Source: Phoronis australis
Lineage: Eukaryota > Animalia > Phoronida
DNA length: 64,000 bases
NCBI GenBank assembly: GCA_002633005.1
Contig: NMRA01000384.1
Span: forward strand, 35,958 to 99,957
Direction of reading: 5' to 3'
Positions 36,601 through 44,600 of this stretch are shown here, piece by piece. The position numbers were made by a program, and so were the translations under genes. The stretch's first letter is position 1, and every line of letters starts with the position of its first letter. Under the pieces are notes generated by a model. The model worked only from the letters and a program-made list of their open reading frames with translations, did not search any database and was not told where the DNA came from.

Positions 36601-38896
36601 GTATTCATTATTAAGCTCACCACCAATCACAATATTGCAGTTCCAAAGAATAGGCACCTGGGCACCGCACGGTGGGTTGCTATTACTGAGTAGACTGTAT
36701 CTGAACAGAATATTCCTTGTTCAATATTTTGCCAAACAAAAAAGTGACAAGATAAAGAATGGCACAAACACGATACACGTTTTTGTTGGTAGTGTCAGGA
36801 AACACAATATCCTTTCGTTCGGTGATCTGAAAAATCACAATCAACATACGACGATCCCTCCACCTGTTTACAATCTCTAATCTTTCTTACCATAACATCC
36901 TTTTATGTCCATTTCCACACAACAGAATTTTAACCAGTGAATAAAGACTAGGATGTTTGAAATCACTAACATGATTACGTTTTCTTAATTTCCGTTGATA
37001 GTTGAAAGCAAAATTGCAAAAACAGCAAAGGATTCTATACTCCAGTTTGGGAAGGTCGCTTGGGTTACATCTCGATTTGATGTTGGGAAAACAAAATGGT
37101 GGAATCGCAGCTTTAATTTTTGCTGGTGAACAAATAGCTACAAAGATATTTGAACCCTTCAGTGGAACACCATTGCCATTCGAAACTGAACACCCGTTTA
37201 ATGCGTTCAACAATTCAACGAGTCTTTTATCCACATACGCCACTCACCTTTTTTCTTCGGCTGTTTCGGAGCAGTATAGGTAAGTGACTCGTTTTCATTT
37301 CCGTTGGCAGACGACGGCATACCAAACAGACCAGCAAGCTTTGACCTGCAAAACATAAGTACGCCTGCATTCATTACTTCCACCAATTCAACATTATGCT
37401 TTAAAACGAGATGTGTCCAAACCACAATGGTTCTCCATGTTTGAAATTTTGCATTGCTAAAACGAGGCATTGTCTCCTAAACAATAACGCACAACACTCA
37501 ACACTCATTTTTGCAGCGCCACCAGTTTCCATTTTATCCATACTCTTATGCCTGGTTGTGTTGAAAACGAATATGTCACTTTTTATTCATTAAACAATGA
37601 ACATTCATCCAGGTGAAAAGTAGATGTCACCAATCCCCAGTATTAAAGAGCCAGGCAGCTCTAAACAAAAGCAGTGAAGGTGGCCTTATGTCATTTTCAG
37701 TGCATCAGACATGCGCAGGCCTCATGGTTGGGTCCACTGCACCAAACACCTGAGCTAAGAACACGAGAGCCCCGTTATGATTCTTCGTGAAGAAAGTTTC
37801 AAGTCTCCTTTAAGAAAATGGACAGACGTTTCCATTTGTTGCCATGCACTATATATGTTGCAGGCATGTAACAGTGCCGTCCAGTAGGTTGCTCCTTAGC
37901 CTATAAAAAGCTGGGCAAGACTCTACCAGGTGTTTAGGGGTTTTAACATCAGTACCACCCTCGCGACACACTGGGCTCCCCATATGTCCAGTAATGTGTC
38001 TGTGTCAGGCTAGGTTACAGTGGCCTGACAAACTTTGAATGATGTGTCTTATGCCCAATCTAGATTTTTTTAACCTTTTGGTTTGATCACGTTGAAAAGC
38101 TCTACTAACATCAGGAAATTATTATACAGTAAAGTCCACAACTTGTGATTTTCAATTTTTCGCACCTGAATGTCATTCGTGTTTTCTTATCTGTTCTGGT
38201 AAATTTAACAGCTTTGCTTTTTAATATTATGAAATTTTCGACGTGACTGCGCCTTAACGGTATACCACCTGGAGAATTTCTCACTTACACTTGTAAGCAT
38301 GCAAAATAAAGTTCTTTTACAAATCATCGAATTAAACAATTTCCGAATGCACTATTATAATGTCAGTTACTTGCAGTTTTTAAGTAATTACATCAAGTGA
38401 CGACAAGAGTCACATTTGCTTTTTTACTTCAGCGCCCTCTTTTTTCCACACGTGACCTCAGCTTCTGGTCAACCTATAGTATATAGTGTATTGGGGACCA
38501 TCAGAAGCTAAGGACCCCAGTGCTTTTTTCCAGACTAAAATTAAGTCAAATTTCCGTCAAACATGTCGCTGCATTACTAAAACCACAACAAAGTCTTTCA
38601 ATTTGATTTCAATGTGGTTGCACCTGTTTCAAGTGTGTGGTTAGTGATTGTCCGGATAAGGCAAACCAAGCCCAAGGGCATTGTTGTTAATCTGTAGGCC
38701 CTAAGTGTAACACACTAACTCAATCTCAACTGTCTGGTCACGACTCAGTTAACATTGAGAATTTTAAAACGTTGGGCCATTTCTTCACCGGAAACCCAGC
38801 CAAAAATTCAACTATGCTAATTGACACTATGACCAATTTTTACCCTCCTGACGGAGTAAGGAAGTCGTTTTCATCGTCATCAGCACTAAAAAACAT
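532..38896 (-). CDS. FKBP15: FK506-binding protein 15 (WAFL/FKBP133) orthologue, whole gene span, 29 coding exons, 4251 nt CDS / 1416 aa as spliced here
   Basis: All exons have GT-AG boundaries with matching phases. N-terminus [35 protein letters not shown]; WH1-like region ([17 protein letters not shown]); FKBP domain ([28 protein letters not shown]); coiled coil; [21 protein letters not shown]; C-terminus [19 protein letters not shown]. All resemble vertebrate FKBP15 as recalled. Extra phase-preserving exons in the large introns cannot be excluded. Confidence 0.95.
775..965. repeat. Degenerate 30-bp tandem repeat in the last FKBP15 intron
   Basis: tcaactagagttgaactaccagctgaggtt-like units. 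Confidence 0.6.
1364..1454 (-). CDS. FKBP15: FKBP15 exon 28 ([30 protein letters not shown])
   Basis: ttcttcag| acceptor, |gtaagt donor, 91 nt. Confidence 0.82.
2724..2799 (-). CDS. FKBP15: FKBP15 exon 27 ([25 protein letters not shown])
   Basis: gttatag| acceptor, |gtaagt donor, 76 nt. Confidence 0.82.
3284..4028 (+). mobile_element. Solo-LTR-like segment
   Basis: TGT...ACA ends, internal ~55-bp direct repeat (3356-3474), TATAAATA at ~3608, short agatcaagtc repeats; no TSD found. Confidence 0.4.
4431..4587. repeat. 14-bp minisatellite (gtc[c/t]actaattg[g/a]a)
   Basis: About 10 degenerate units. Confidence 0.85.
4921..5105. mobile_element. PIF/Harbinger-like MITE
   Basis: Imperfect ~30-bp TIRs (aggcccgttcacactaagtgatttgcctgca / tgcagacaaatcgctaagagcagacagggct) flanked by TAA/TTA. 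Confidence 0.55.
5125..6196 (-). CDS. FKBP15: FKBP15 exon 26: MVTLKLV + acidic tract + 14 x 22-aa repeats
   Basis: gttacag|ATGGTT acceptor continues the NTIK-MVTL motif; 1072 nt; donor G|gttagt is phase 1 and matches exon 27. Confidence 0.85.
5126..6040 (-). repeat. Coding tandem repeat, 14 x 66 bp
   Basis: Unit [18 protein letters not shown](I/M)ASx. Confidence 0.95.
7642..7862. other. Assembly gap
   Basis: Run of N. Confidence 1.
7863..8149. mobile_element. End of a Helentron-associated (HINE/pearl-like) non-autonomous element
   Basis: (GACG)n microsatellite, then hairpin ATGCGTCCACATAT-AA-ATATGTGGGCGCAT and an A-run; identical end in inverted orientation at 51478-51540. Confidence 0.6.
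9967..10273. mobile_element. PIF/Harbinger-like MITE
   Basis: Imperfect TIRs taaagacccttgtatacta / tagtatgaaagggcctta. Confidence 0.45.
11819..11926 (-). CDS. FKBP15: FKBP15 exon 25 ([36 protein letters not shown])
   Basis: ctaatag| acceptor, |gtatgt donor, 108 nt, conserved FKBP15 motif. Confidence 0.93.
12261..12428. repeat. 28-bp minisatellite, 6 copies (partial copies again at 13050-13115)
   Basis: Unit ggtcaatcatctgccacggtcataacta. Confidence 0.9.
12815..12967 (-). CDS. FKBP15: FKBP15 exon 24, copy B (..SPDIIEAE); probably the other allele assembled in tandem
   Basis: Near-identical 153-nt exon 686 bp from copy A, donor gtgggt; the duplicated blocks are joined at a single N (13049). 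Confidence 0.55.
13501..13653 (-). CDS. FKBP15: FKBP15 exon 24, copy A ([24 protein letters not shown])
   Basis: attttag| acceptor, |gtgagt donor, 153 nt. Confidence 0.85.
14397..14489 (-). CDS. FKBP15: FKBP15 exon 23 ([18 protein letters not shown])
   Basis: gtttcag| acceptor, |gtagag donor, 93 nt. Confidence 0.88.
14819..15015. repeat. 20-bp minisatellite, ~10 copies
   Basis: Unit acaaggatgggtatggcccc. Confidence 0.9.
15036..15188 (-). CDS. FKBP15: FKBP15 exon 22 ([25 protein letters not shown])
   Basis: ttctcag| acceptor, |gtaggg donor, 153 nt. Confidence 0.9.
15776..15847 (-). CDS. FKBP15: FKBP15 exon 21 ([24 protein letters not shown])
   Basis: attcacag| acceptor, |gtaagt donor, 72 nt. 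Confidence 0.9.
16043..16126 (-). CDS. FKBP15: FKBP15 exon 20 ([28 protein letters not shown])
   Basis: tttacag| acceptor, |gtacga donor, 84 nt. Confidence 0.9.
17181..17228. repeat. Perfect 48-bp palindrome
   Basis: ataactgatgatgtaatttctata|tatagaaattacatcatcagttat. Confidence 0.95.
17731..17810 (+). mobile_element. Degenerate tRNA-derived SINE head
   Basis: A-box TGGCATAGTTGG, B-box-like GCTTCAAGTCC, followed by ctgggtcacactg as in the 43.0-kb copy. Confidence 0.45.
17936..18072 (-). CDS. FKBP15: FKBP15 exon 19 ([28 protein letters not shown])
   Basis: cttttag| acceptor, |gtaaat donor, 137 nt. Confidence 0.9.
20290..20432 (-). mobile_element. tRNA-derived SINE
   Basis: Minus strand ggggacagtgTGGCTCAGTGG..cccgGGTTCCAATCC (A and B boxes); no intact cloverleaf. 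Confidence 0.55.
22862..23033 (-). CDS. FKBP15: FKBP15 exon 18 ([25 protein letters not shown])
   Basis: cttaccag| acceptor, |gtaagt donor, 172 nt. Confidence 0.88.
23410..23525. repeat. 14-bp minisatellite (acatttttccgtag)
   Basis: About 8 degenerate units. Confidence 0.85.
23885..23987 (-). CDS. FKBP15: FKBP15 exon 17 ([22 protein letters not shown])
   Basis: tttcag| acceptor, |gtaaga donor, 103 nt. Confidence 0.92.
24360..24502. repeat. 18-19-bp minisatellite (cattgtgggtccactttgg)
   Basis: About 8 units. Confidence 0.9.
24618..24823 (-). CDS. FKBP15: FKBP15 exon 16 ([25 protein letters not shown]), coiled coil
   Basis: ttgcag| acceptor, |gtaggt donor, 206 nt. Confidence 0.92.
25268..25407 (-). 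CDS. FKBP15: FKBP15 exon 15 ([39 protein letters not shown])
   Basis: ttcccag| acceptor, |gtgaga donor, 140 nt. Confidence 0.9.
26017..26137 (-). CDS. FKBP15: FKBP15 exon 14, Q-rich ([21 protein letters not shown]..)
   Basis: tcttccag| acceptor, |gtaacc donor, 121 nt. Confidence 0.8.
26783..26838 (-). CDS. FKBP15: FKBP15 exon 13 ([19 protein letters not shown])
   Basis: attgcag| acceptor, |gtaagt donor, 56 nt, phase fits both neighbours. Confidence 0.82.
27744..27933 (-). CDS. FKBP15: FKBP15 exon 12, P/Q-rich linker
   Basis: NAGNAG acceptor ctgcag|cag, |gtaaga donor, 190 nt. Confidence 0.85.
28696..28818 (-). CDS. FKBP15: FKBP15 exon 11 ([28 protein letters not shown])
   Basis: ttgcag| acceptor, |gtagag donor, 123 nt, [16 protein letters not shown] motif. 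Confidence 0.9.
29150..29290. repeat. Dispersed repeat: 21-bp tandem core plus conserved tail, copy 1
   Basis: (cccataattcatgaattctat)n + aattcaacatt..cctcaccaaccaatcacttca..gccattttgttagg; same as 53911-54075. Confidence 0.8.
29827..30018 (-). CDS. FKBP15: FKBP15 exon 10 ([23 protein letters not shown])
   Basis: gaag| acceptor, |gtttgc donor, 192 nt. Confidence 0.85.
30518..30661 (-). CDS. FKBP15: FKBP15 exon 9 ([48 protein letters not shown])
   Basis: ttctcacag| acceptor, |gtgggt donor, 144 nt, canonical C-terminal half of the FKBP domain. Confidence 0.95.
32165..32233 (-). CDS. FKBP15: FKBP15 exon 8 ([23 protein letters not shown])
   Basis: ttttcag| acceptor, |gtaagt donor, 69 nt. Confidence 0.93.
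32798..32950 (-). CDS. FKBP15: FKBP15 exon 7 ([30 protein letters not shown]), start of FKBP domain
   Basis: caccag| acceptor, |gtatgt donor, 153 nt. Confidence 0.93.
33346..33444 (-). CDS. FKBP15: FKBP15 exon 6 ([33 protein letters not shown]), WH1-like domain
   Basis: tatttag| acceptor, |gtaaaa donor, 99 nt. Confidence 0.93.
34400..34600. repeat. 29-bp tandem repeat spanning the FKBP15 exon 5 donor site
   Basis: Minus-strand unit acaccatcatttgccttctcc|gtaagtcc, about 7 degenerate copies. Confidence 0.8.
34578..34652 (-). CDS. FKBP15: FKBP15 exon 5 ([25 protein letters not shown])
   Basis: ctttctag| acceptor, |gtaagt donor, 75 nt. Confidence 0.9.
35620..35689 (-). CDS. FKBP15: FKBP15 exon 4 ([23 protein letters not shown])
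   Basis: ttccag| acceptor, |gtaaga donor, 70 nt, QGK.GAA motif. Confidence 0.9.
36320..36392 (-). CDS. FKBP15: FKBP15 exon 3 ([25 protein letters not shown])
   Basis: ctttttag| acceptor, |gtaagt donor, 73 nt, ATAVHAY motif. Confidence 0.9.
37248..37345 (-). CDS. FKBP15: FKBP15 exon 2 ([32 protein letters not shown])
   Basis: ttttgcag| acceptor, |gtgagt donor, 98 nt. Confidence 0.92.
38844..38896 (-). CDS. FKBP15: FKBP15 coding exon 1 ([18 protein letters not shown])
   Basis: ATG at 38896, 53 nt, donor GG|gtaaaa, ends phase 2. Confidence 0.9.
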
Positions 38897-39345
38897 CTCT
38901 GGTCTTCATCCGAACACTCCGCACACTTTGGAAACACTTCCCCCTTTTCTTGTCACAAGAATAGTGACGTCACTTCCTTCTTATACTCGACGACATCTGT
39001 TGGTGAAATTATATTTGTCAATTTCTCGTAAATAATAGCACATTTTAGAAATATTGCTTCCCATGTATGTATTGAGGAATAATTTATGGTGGCATAATTC
39101 AGAAATGGACCTTAATTGGTGAATATTATTTGACACGATTACTGATGACGAAATTACAATCGGACATCGCTTGAGAGCCTTGTGACCTCTGTGTAAACAT
39201 ATTGTGCTTGTGGTAATTTATCGTCACGACGTGCCTCATTTGGTAAAGCGTTGGTCCCAGGGTACCAGAATTGTGTTCTAGCTGTCCTTAAAATTTGTCG
39301 TGTGGTTTACCGTATTTAAAAAGAGGCTGCGATCGTCAAGAGGTG
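38897..39345. promoter_or_regulatory. Putative bidirectional promoter FKBP15/CTR1, with a probable non-coding CTR1 exon ending at 39345
   Basis: Divergent genes; GTGACGTCAC CRE palindrome (38964-38973) overlapping ETS CACTTCC; plus-strand donor GTG|gtaagt at 39345/39346. Confidence 0.6.
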
Positions 39346-39832
39346 GTAAGTTTGGTTGTGTTCATGCAGTCGCGGGAGATCTTGGATTCTTTGGTAACCT
39401 GATATTTGATTCTTACGACTTTTAAATCGTAAGAAGTACGTCATCAACGTCTACGAACTTGCACACTTTACTGGTTGGCCAACACACAGACACATTTAAT
39501 CAGCCACTCGTATGACTCTATAATAAATAGAAGGTATAATCTAGGCTATCCTATGTGGCAGGCGAGCTCTTTCGTTTAAAAATTAACGGGACAGCTTTAA
39601 TCATAGGCAACAGGTAGCCCCTCGGCCTCGGTTGGCTGGCTAGGGGCTAAGCAATTAGGTAGCCCTGGATGCCAAAGGCATACAGGAGGAATAGTACATC
39701 TCCATAAAAAGTTATTCATCTTAAAGCATAGCTAATAAAATTGCATGAATCGTGTGCGTGATATACATACACGCTGAGTTATAATTAATACATTTCGTGA
39801 CTCTGGATATAATTTGGTGAACGTAACTTGCA

Positions 39833-40018
39833 GCGGCGGACCTAGGATATCATAAGGGGGACCCAACATTTTGTCTCGGGCAATTGCGCAACAAAGCACA
39901 ATTGTAGCCCAAAAATAGGGAACTCGTTTCTGAGGTTGTGGACCTTTTACTAAAAAACAAACGGAGGACTAAAGTAATCGGACCCTCCCCCCCCTCCCCC
40001 CCTCCCTATATCCGCTTA
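39833..40018. mobile_element. Short MITE with GGCGGA-type TIRs
   Basis: gcggcggacctagg..G-run...C-run..ctatatccgc; a related right end lies at 43596-43630. Confidence 0.45.
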
Positions 40019-41590
40019 TAATGACTTGAACTATACAGTACGACCACCCTCTCTAGCTGGCTCAGCAGAGACGGTGTAGCTCCTATCAAAGTCACGTTAT
40101 ATTACCTTTTGCGCTTAGGGACACCTTAGGAGGCCATCAATGTCTTTAATTTCTCCCAACTCGAACAAATATTCTCATTACCAAACTTTTTCTTTGAGCA
40201 GTCCCCCATTGAGCTCCCAAAGTTAGTAACTGTCTATATTTACACTGCGCACGCCAGGGGATATGACGTCATACCACCTGTTACCTTTTCACCGCAAAAT
40301 ATTTGAACTGATGTCATGTGAGTTAGGCAAGGACTAGCGCAAGACTAAGCAAAGCGCTTGAGCTAGCACGTGACACATGCAAAAATTAGCACAGGAAGGT
40401 ATTAGGTAGAATTGGCAAGATTTTTGTTCGTCAATAGACATGATTTCAGATAACTTCCCCAAAAATGGCACCCGGTAAGGGAAGCTCAAGCGAACGGCGA
40501 CATATTTTCACGAATGTGTTCAAATTACTTTGACTAATTTGTCTCGAATCATGGTATATTATGTTACCTGCAACTCCATGTGCATATGTGCATGTTTCAT
40601 TTGATTTTATTCACTGTAACTTTTTATGGGGGTGTACTATTGCCCCTGTATGCATGCAGTATTCAGGGCGATGTAATTGCCTACTAACTTTAAATACTCT
40701 TCAAACTGGCAATTCCAACCATTAATGCCTAACATGATATTTGTTTAGTGAAGGCACAACAATTAAAAGCAAATGGAACCACCTGATTGGGCAAATGCCT
40801 CTAATTCCAAACCTCACTCCATTGTGCTTCCAATGGGTATAGGTGGTGTCAAAGCAAAATAACAACATAATTGGCGACACATCGTGGTGAGGGTAACGAA
40901 TAAATATTACAATATGTATTCTTGGAACAAGTGTGCATCACATCTCGTTCATCGGTTTTGTTCCAGATTTATTACTGCCTCACTCTGACTCACGCCTGTG
41001 CCTAATGGACAGCTCAAAACTTTCAACCAGTCAGCAACTGTATCACGATTTTGTTGTTTTCACTTGGTACGAGGCTATTTTAACCATGCACAATAGAGCG
41101 CCTTCTTGTGGTATCCATCGTTAATCAGTGAGTGAATTGTGGAATTTGGGACATGTTGCTTGCAGGAGACGGTTCCATTTTTCTTCAATGGTTGTGTCTT
41201 CTCTTAACCAATATTAGGTTAAGCGTTATAATATCAAGTAAAGATCCATTTTGGAACCGAAAAGCCATACCTTGAAGTCGTCGGTGCACAGCCATTTTGT
41301 ACGTATCTCACAGACTTGATTCACCACTTGGTGCACCCTCTTTTGTTGTGGAGAAGGCACACTACATGGTGATAGAACTTTGGAAAATGGCCTATTTGAA
41401 AAAAATCGTTTCGGGACATATTGATTATGTATTTCATCATTGAAACAAGTTGTTCTTTTCAGTGTTCATCTCAAACTTCCAAACGTCAGTCCTGCGAGGT
41501 CTGAGAAAATCCACAATCTTCCAGCTGTTAGTCGCCGTGGTAATAGTTTCCATAGTGATTCATTGGCATTGCCTGAACAAAGATTACAAG

Positions 41591-41605
41591 ATGAACCACA
41601 GCATG
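41591..41605 (+). CDS. SLC31A1: CTR1 first coding segment (MNHSM) at the end of exon 41463-41605
   Basis: Acceptor cttttcag| at 41462, aagATG, donor ATG|gtaaga, phase 0; resembles vertebrate MDHSH. Confidence 0.8.
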
Positions 41606-44600
41606 GTAAGAAAATTGTTAGCTTTTCTTTGAAAGCTTTGGGTGTTTAGGAACCAATCAATCCTGCTACTAAAATCTCATGTTGAAGTTCTACATGACTT
41701 TTGTACACTTATTGATGTCGAAGCAGAGTTTTTGCTCACCTGATGAAAGGGTGCGTGTGCCTCCTGAGAGTTTTGTTTTCCAGAACACCCTCCCCCCTCC
41801 CCTGTTCACAACCAGTCCGAGGGACTATATGAGTTAGAAGTGATTCTAAACTTGAGATTCTTTTGACCTTTGGAGGGGAATTTTTGGAATTGATGAGGGG
41901 AATGGAGCCAGTGCTCGGAGGCATCGAGTGCTCGGCAATATGATGTCACAAATGATGAAGTTAATCATTCAATAAATTTCTGAGTGTAACATTGTCATTG
42001 TCGTAAAACCTCATTAATTTTGGAGAAAGTATAACTATGTAATCTTTTTCATTTTCAAATGGTCTTATTATTCTGTCGTGAATGCTGATAGCTACACAAA
42101 ATCTCGTCTGATACCAAACTATTTCATAAAATTTAAAACTGGATAAGCCTTGATTTGGTGCTGCTGTCTTTGTTAAAAAATAGGAAAAAATAGCATTTCA
42201 TATATACCTGCCATATTGCGCCCTAAAGTGACATAATTTTAGCTTGATTAACACAGGTTTAGATATAATCATCATATTGTCAAATTGTGTGGGAAACTTG
42301 TTATCAGTTGTTATGTGGCTGGGTGTGGTGGGTTGGGTTGTGGTTGACTGTAGAGCTGTGTTCCCCGTCATTTCTTTTTGTCTCCTGGTGCCAGTCCTGA
42401 TATTTTATTGGAGGTCGCTCACTTTTCAGACGTTTGAAGACTGTGCGTATGATTTTCTAAAATGAGACGTTTATAGCAACTTTTGTGAAGTTTCGCAAAT
42501 TTATGATGTTTAGTGTCATTCAGCTGTGGTAGAATTTCGAACATGGGTGTCGATATAGTGCTGTCATGTTGTATTTGTCAGTCAGAATGTGAAGAAGAGT
42601 TGGATGTTGTTATACAGACAGAAGATCCCATGTTTGAGCCCCTATCACATCAGAAACGTTTTCGATGTGTAATTTCTAACTCACGTGACGTGATCATGTA
42701 TGACTTGATACGATTATGTACGCTGTGCATGCTGTATATCGTACTCGTCTGTGGTCAGTTTATCACCCTCTCAAAGTTTTAAATTTTCACTTCGAGGCGT
42801 CCATTCTCGGCATATCGTCCACCCCGAATTTACGTGATTGAGACTTTCTTGAAAGTGCTCGTGTCGTCACCAGAATAAAACAAAATTTCAGGTGGTTTGG
42901 TACAAATTGTACCAGACGTGCACGGGCCTCTCACATGGACCCATTGCACTGATCACCAGGAGCCATGTTCATGCTTTTTTAATTTTTGGTTAAAACCGAG
43001 CTGAGGAGCCAGAGACCTGACTCAAAAGTCCAAACAGTGTGACCCAGTGGAACTCGAACTCACAACCTCGAGTAAAGACAGCGGGCATCTATCGCACTAG
43101 GCCACACTGACCCCTCTCTTCACAAGAACCAATCAGAATTGTAGCTCCAAAAAGTACGCAGCTCACACTCCTTTGAGAGACAATCTCGTCAGCGGAACTT
43201 TGTCTTATTTGGGGTGGAAAATACCTGGCGTGCGTGTCATGAACTCAAGATACCCACGAAGCACTATTGTTAAATAACCTCTGCGCATGTAAGATATGGA
43301 ACAGAGTTTTAGTCTAGTCTCAGAACTGCTTTGTACTGAGGGCGTCGTGAATTAGTTCTTTTGGCTCATGTGCATTCCAATATTGATGAATGCCTATGCA
43401 CAAATATGGTTAAAACATTCTCGTAACTGGCCAGCTCGTTATCTGCATGATTCTTGCATTGGAAAATTTAAAAGCATACATCAAAAAGCTATGCATGCAA
43501 TCACTCCATAAAGGATAATAGCCCTTTACTGTTCTCAATATTTTTGTTTAACTCTTCTAACACATGATATCCAACGTCAGTGTAACTTCCATGTGCCCCC
43601 CCCCCTCCCTCTCCCCCCTAAATCCGCCTATGTTTTTTCCTATTTTTCAAGTCGGCTTCAATGTTGGTTGACAGCTTCACCATGTAAACCATGCTACTAG
43701 CATGGTGGAACCTTGCCAAATCAAGACACCTATAGACAACTGAAATTTTATTGTCTCATTTTCCACTTATTTATGTAAATCTTTCCTACGGTACTTGTTT
43801 TTGCTAGAAACTTTGTCAAGATGAAATGTCTCTGTTCACCTTACCACAAAGGACAATGTCCTATGTGCCCCATAGCACTGCACAGTCAACCCACAAATGG
43901 CCAGTGTTGTATGGCATGAAGTGTGATAAACATGGTGCACTTGATATCAAGTGATAATGAGGGTATGGTGTTTTCACTAGGAAGTTTAATGGACTTTGTC
44001 CCTGCCTAATTCTTTTGGATGCTTTTTAATATTGGCGAGTATGGTATAAGTCTATTACCGCTGCTCATAAGTGCCCACCCCCTCCCCCACGCGCTTAAAC
44101 TTATTAGGAACCTGTATTTTCTGGTTACCTGTGGGTCGACTTTAAAATCCAGTGGTATAATTTTCTATGGTGAGTGGGAATTCCCCAAGTGCAGTGTTAC
44201 AGATATAGCAATGCCTGCTCATGTTTAGAAACTGCAGTAATTGAAACCAAAAGTATTCACTGTCAAAATGACCCAGACTTCCCAGATGTGAGGGCTTGAC
44301 GGAAGTGGACTTCATCATAAGAATAGTCTTTCCATGTGACCGAGAATGAAGGGGAAAGTTGGTCTAGAATGAGAATTTTGCCACCTTTATAGGTATATTG
44401 TCTGATTACTTTTGCCTTGTATTGTAGCGTATCAACAATAGATTTTATGATGTAGCTTTTCCAGAAACCCTTCTGATGGATTACTTCAGCGCCAGAAAGT
44501 TGAAAATGTGTCATTTTGATACACTTTCCTGTTTACTGTCTGAAACTGAACACTGGATAAACGTTGAATTGTTTGTGAGCAGCATGATTTGGTTTGAGGA

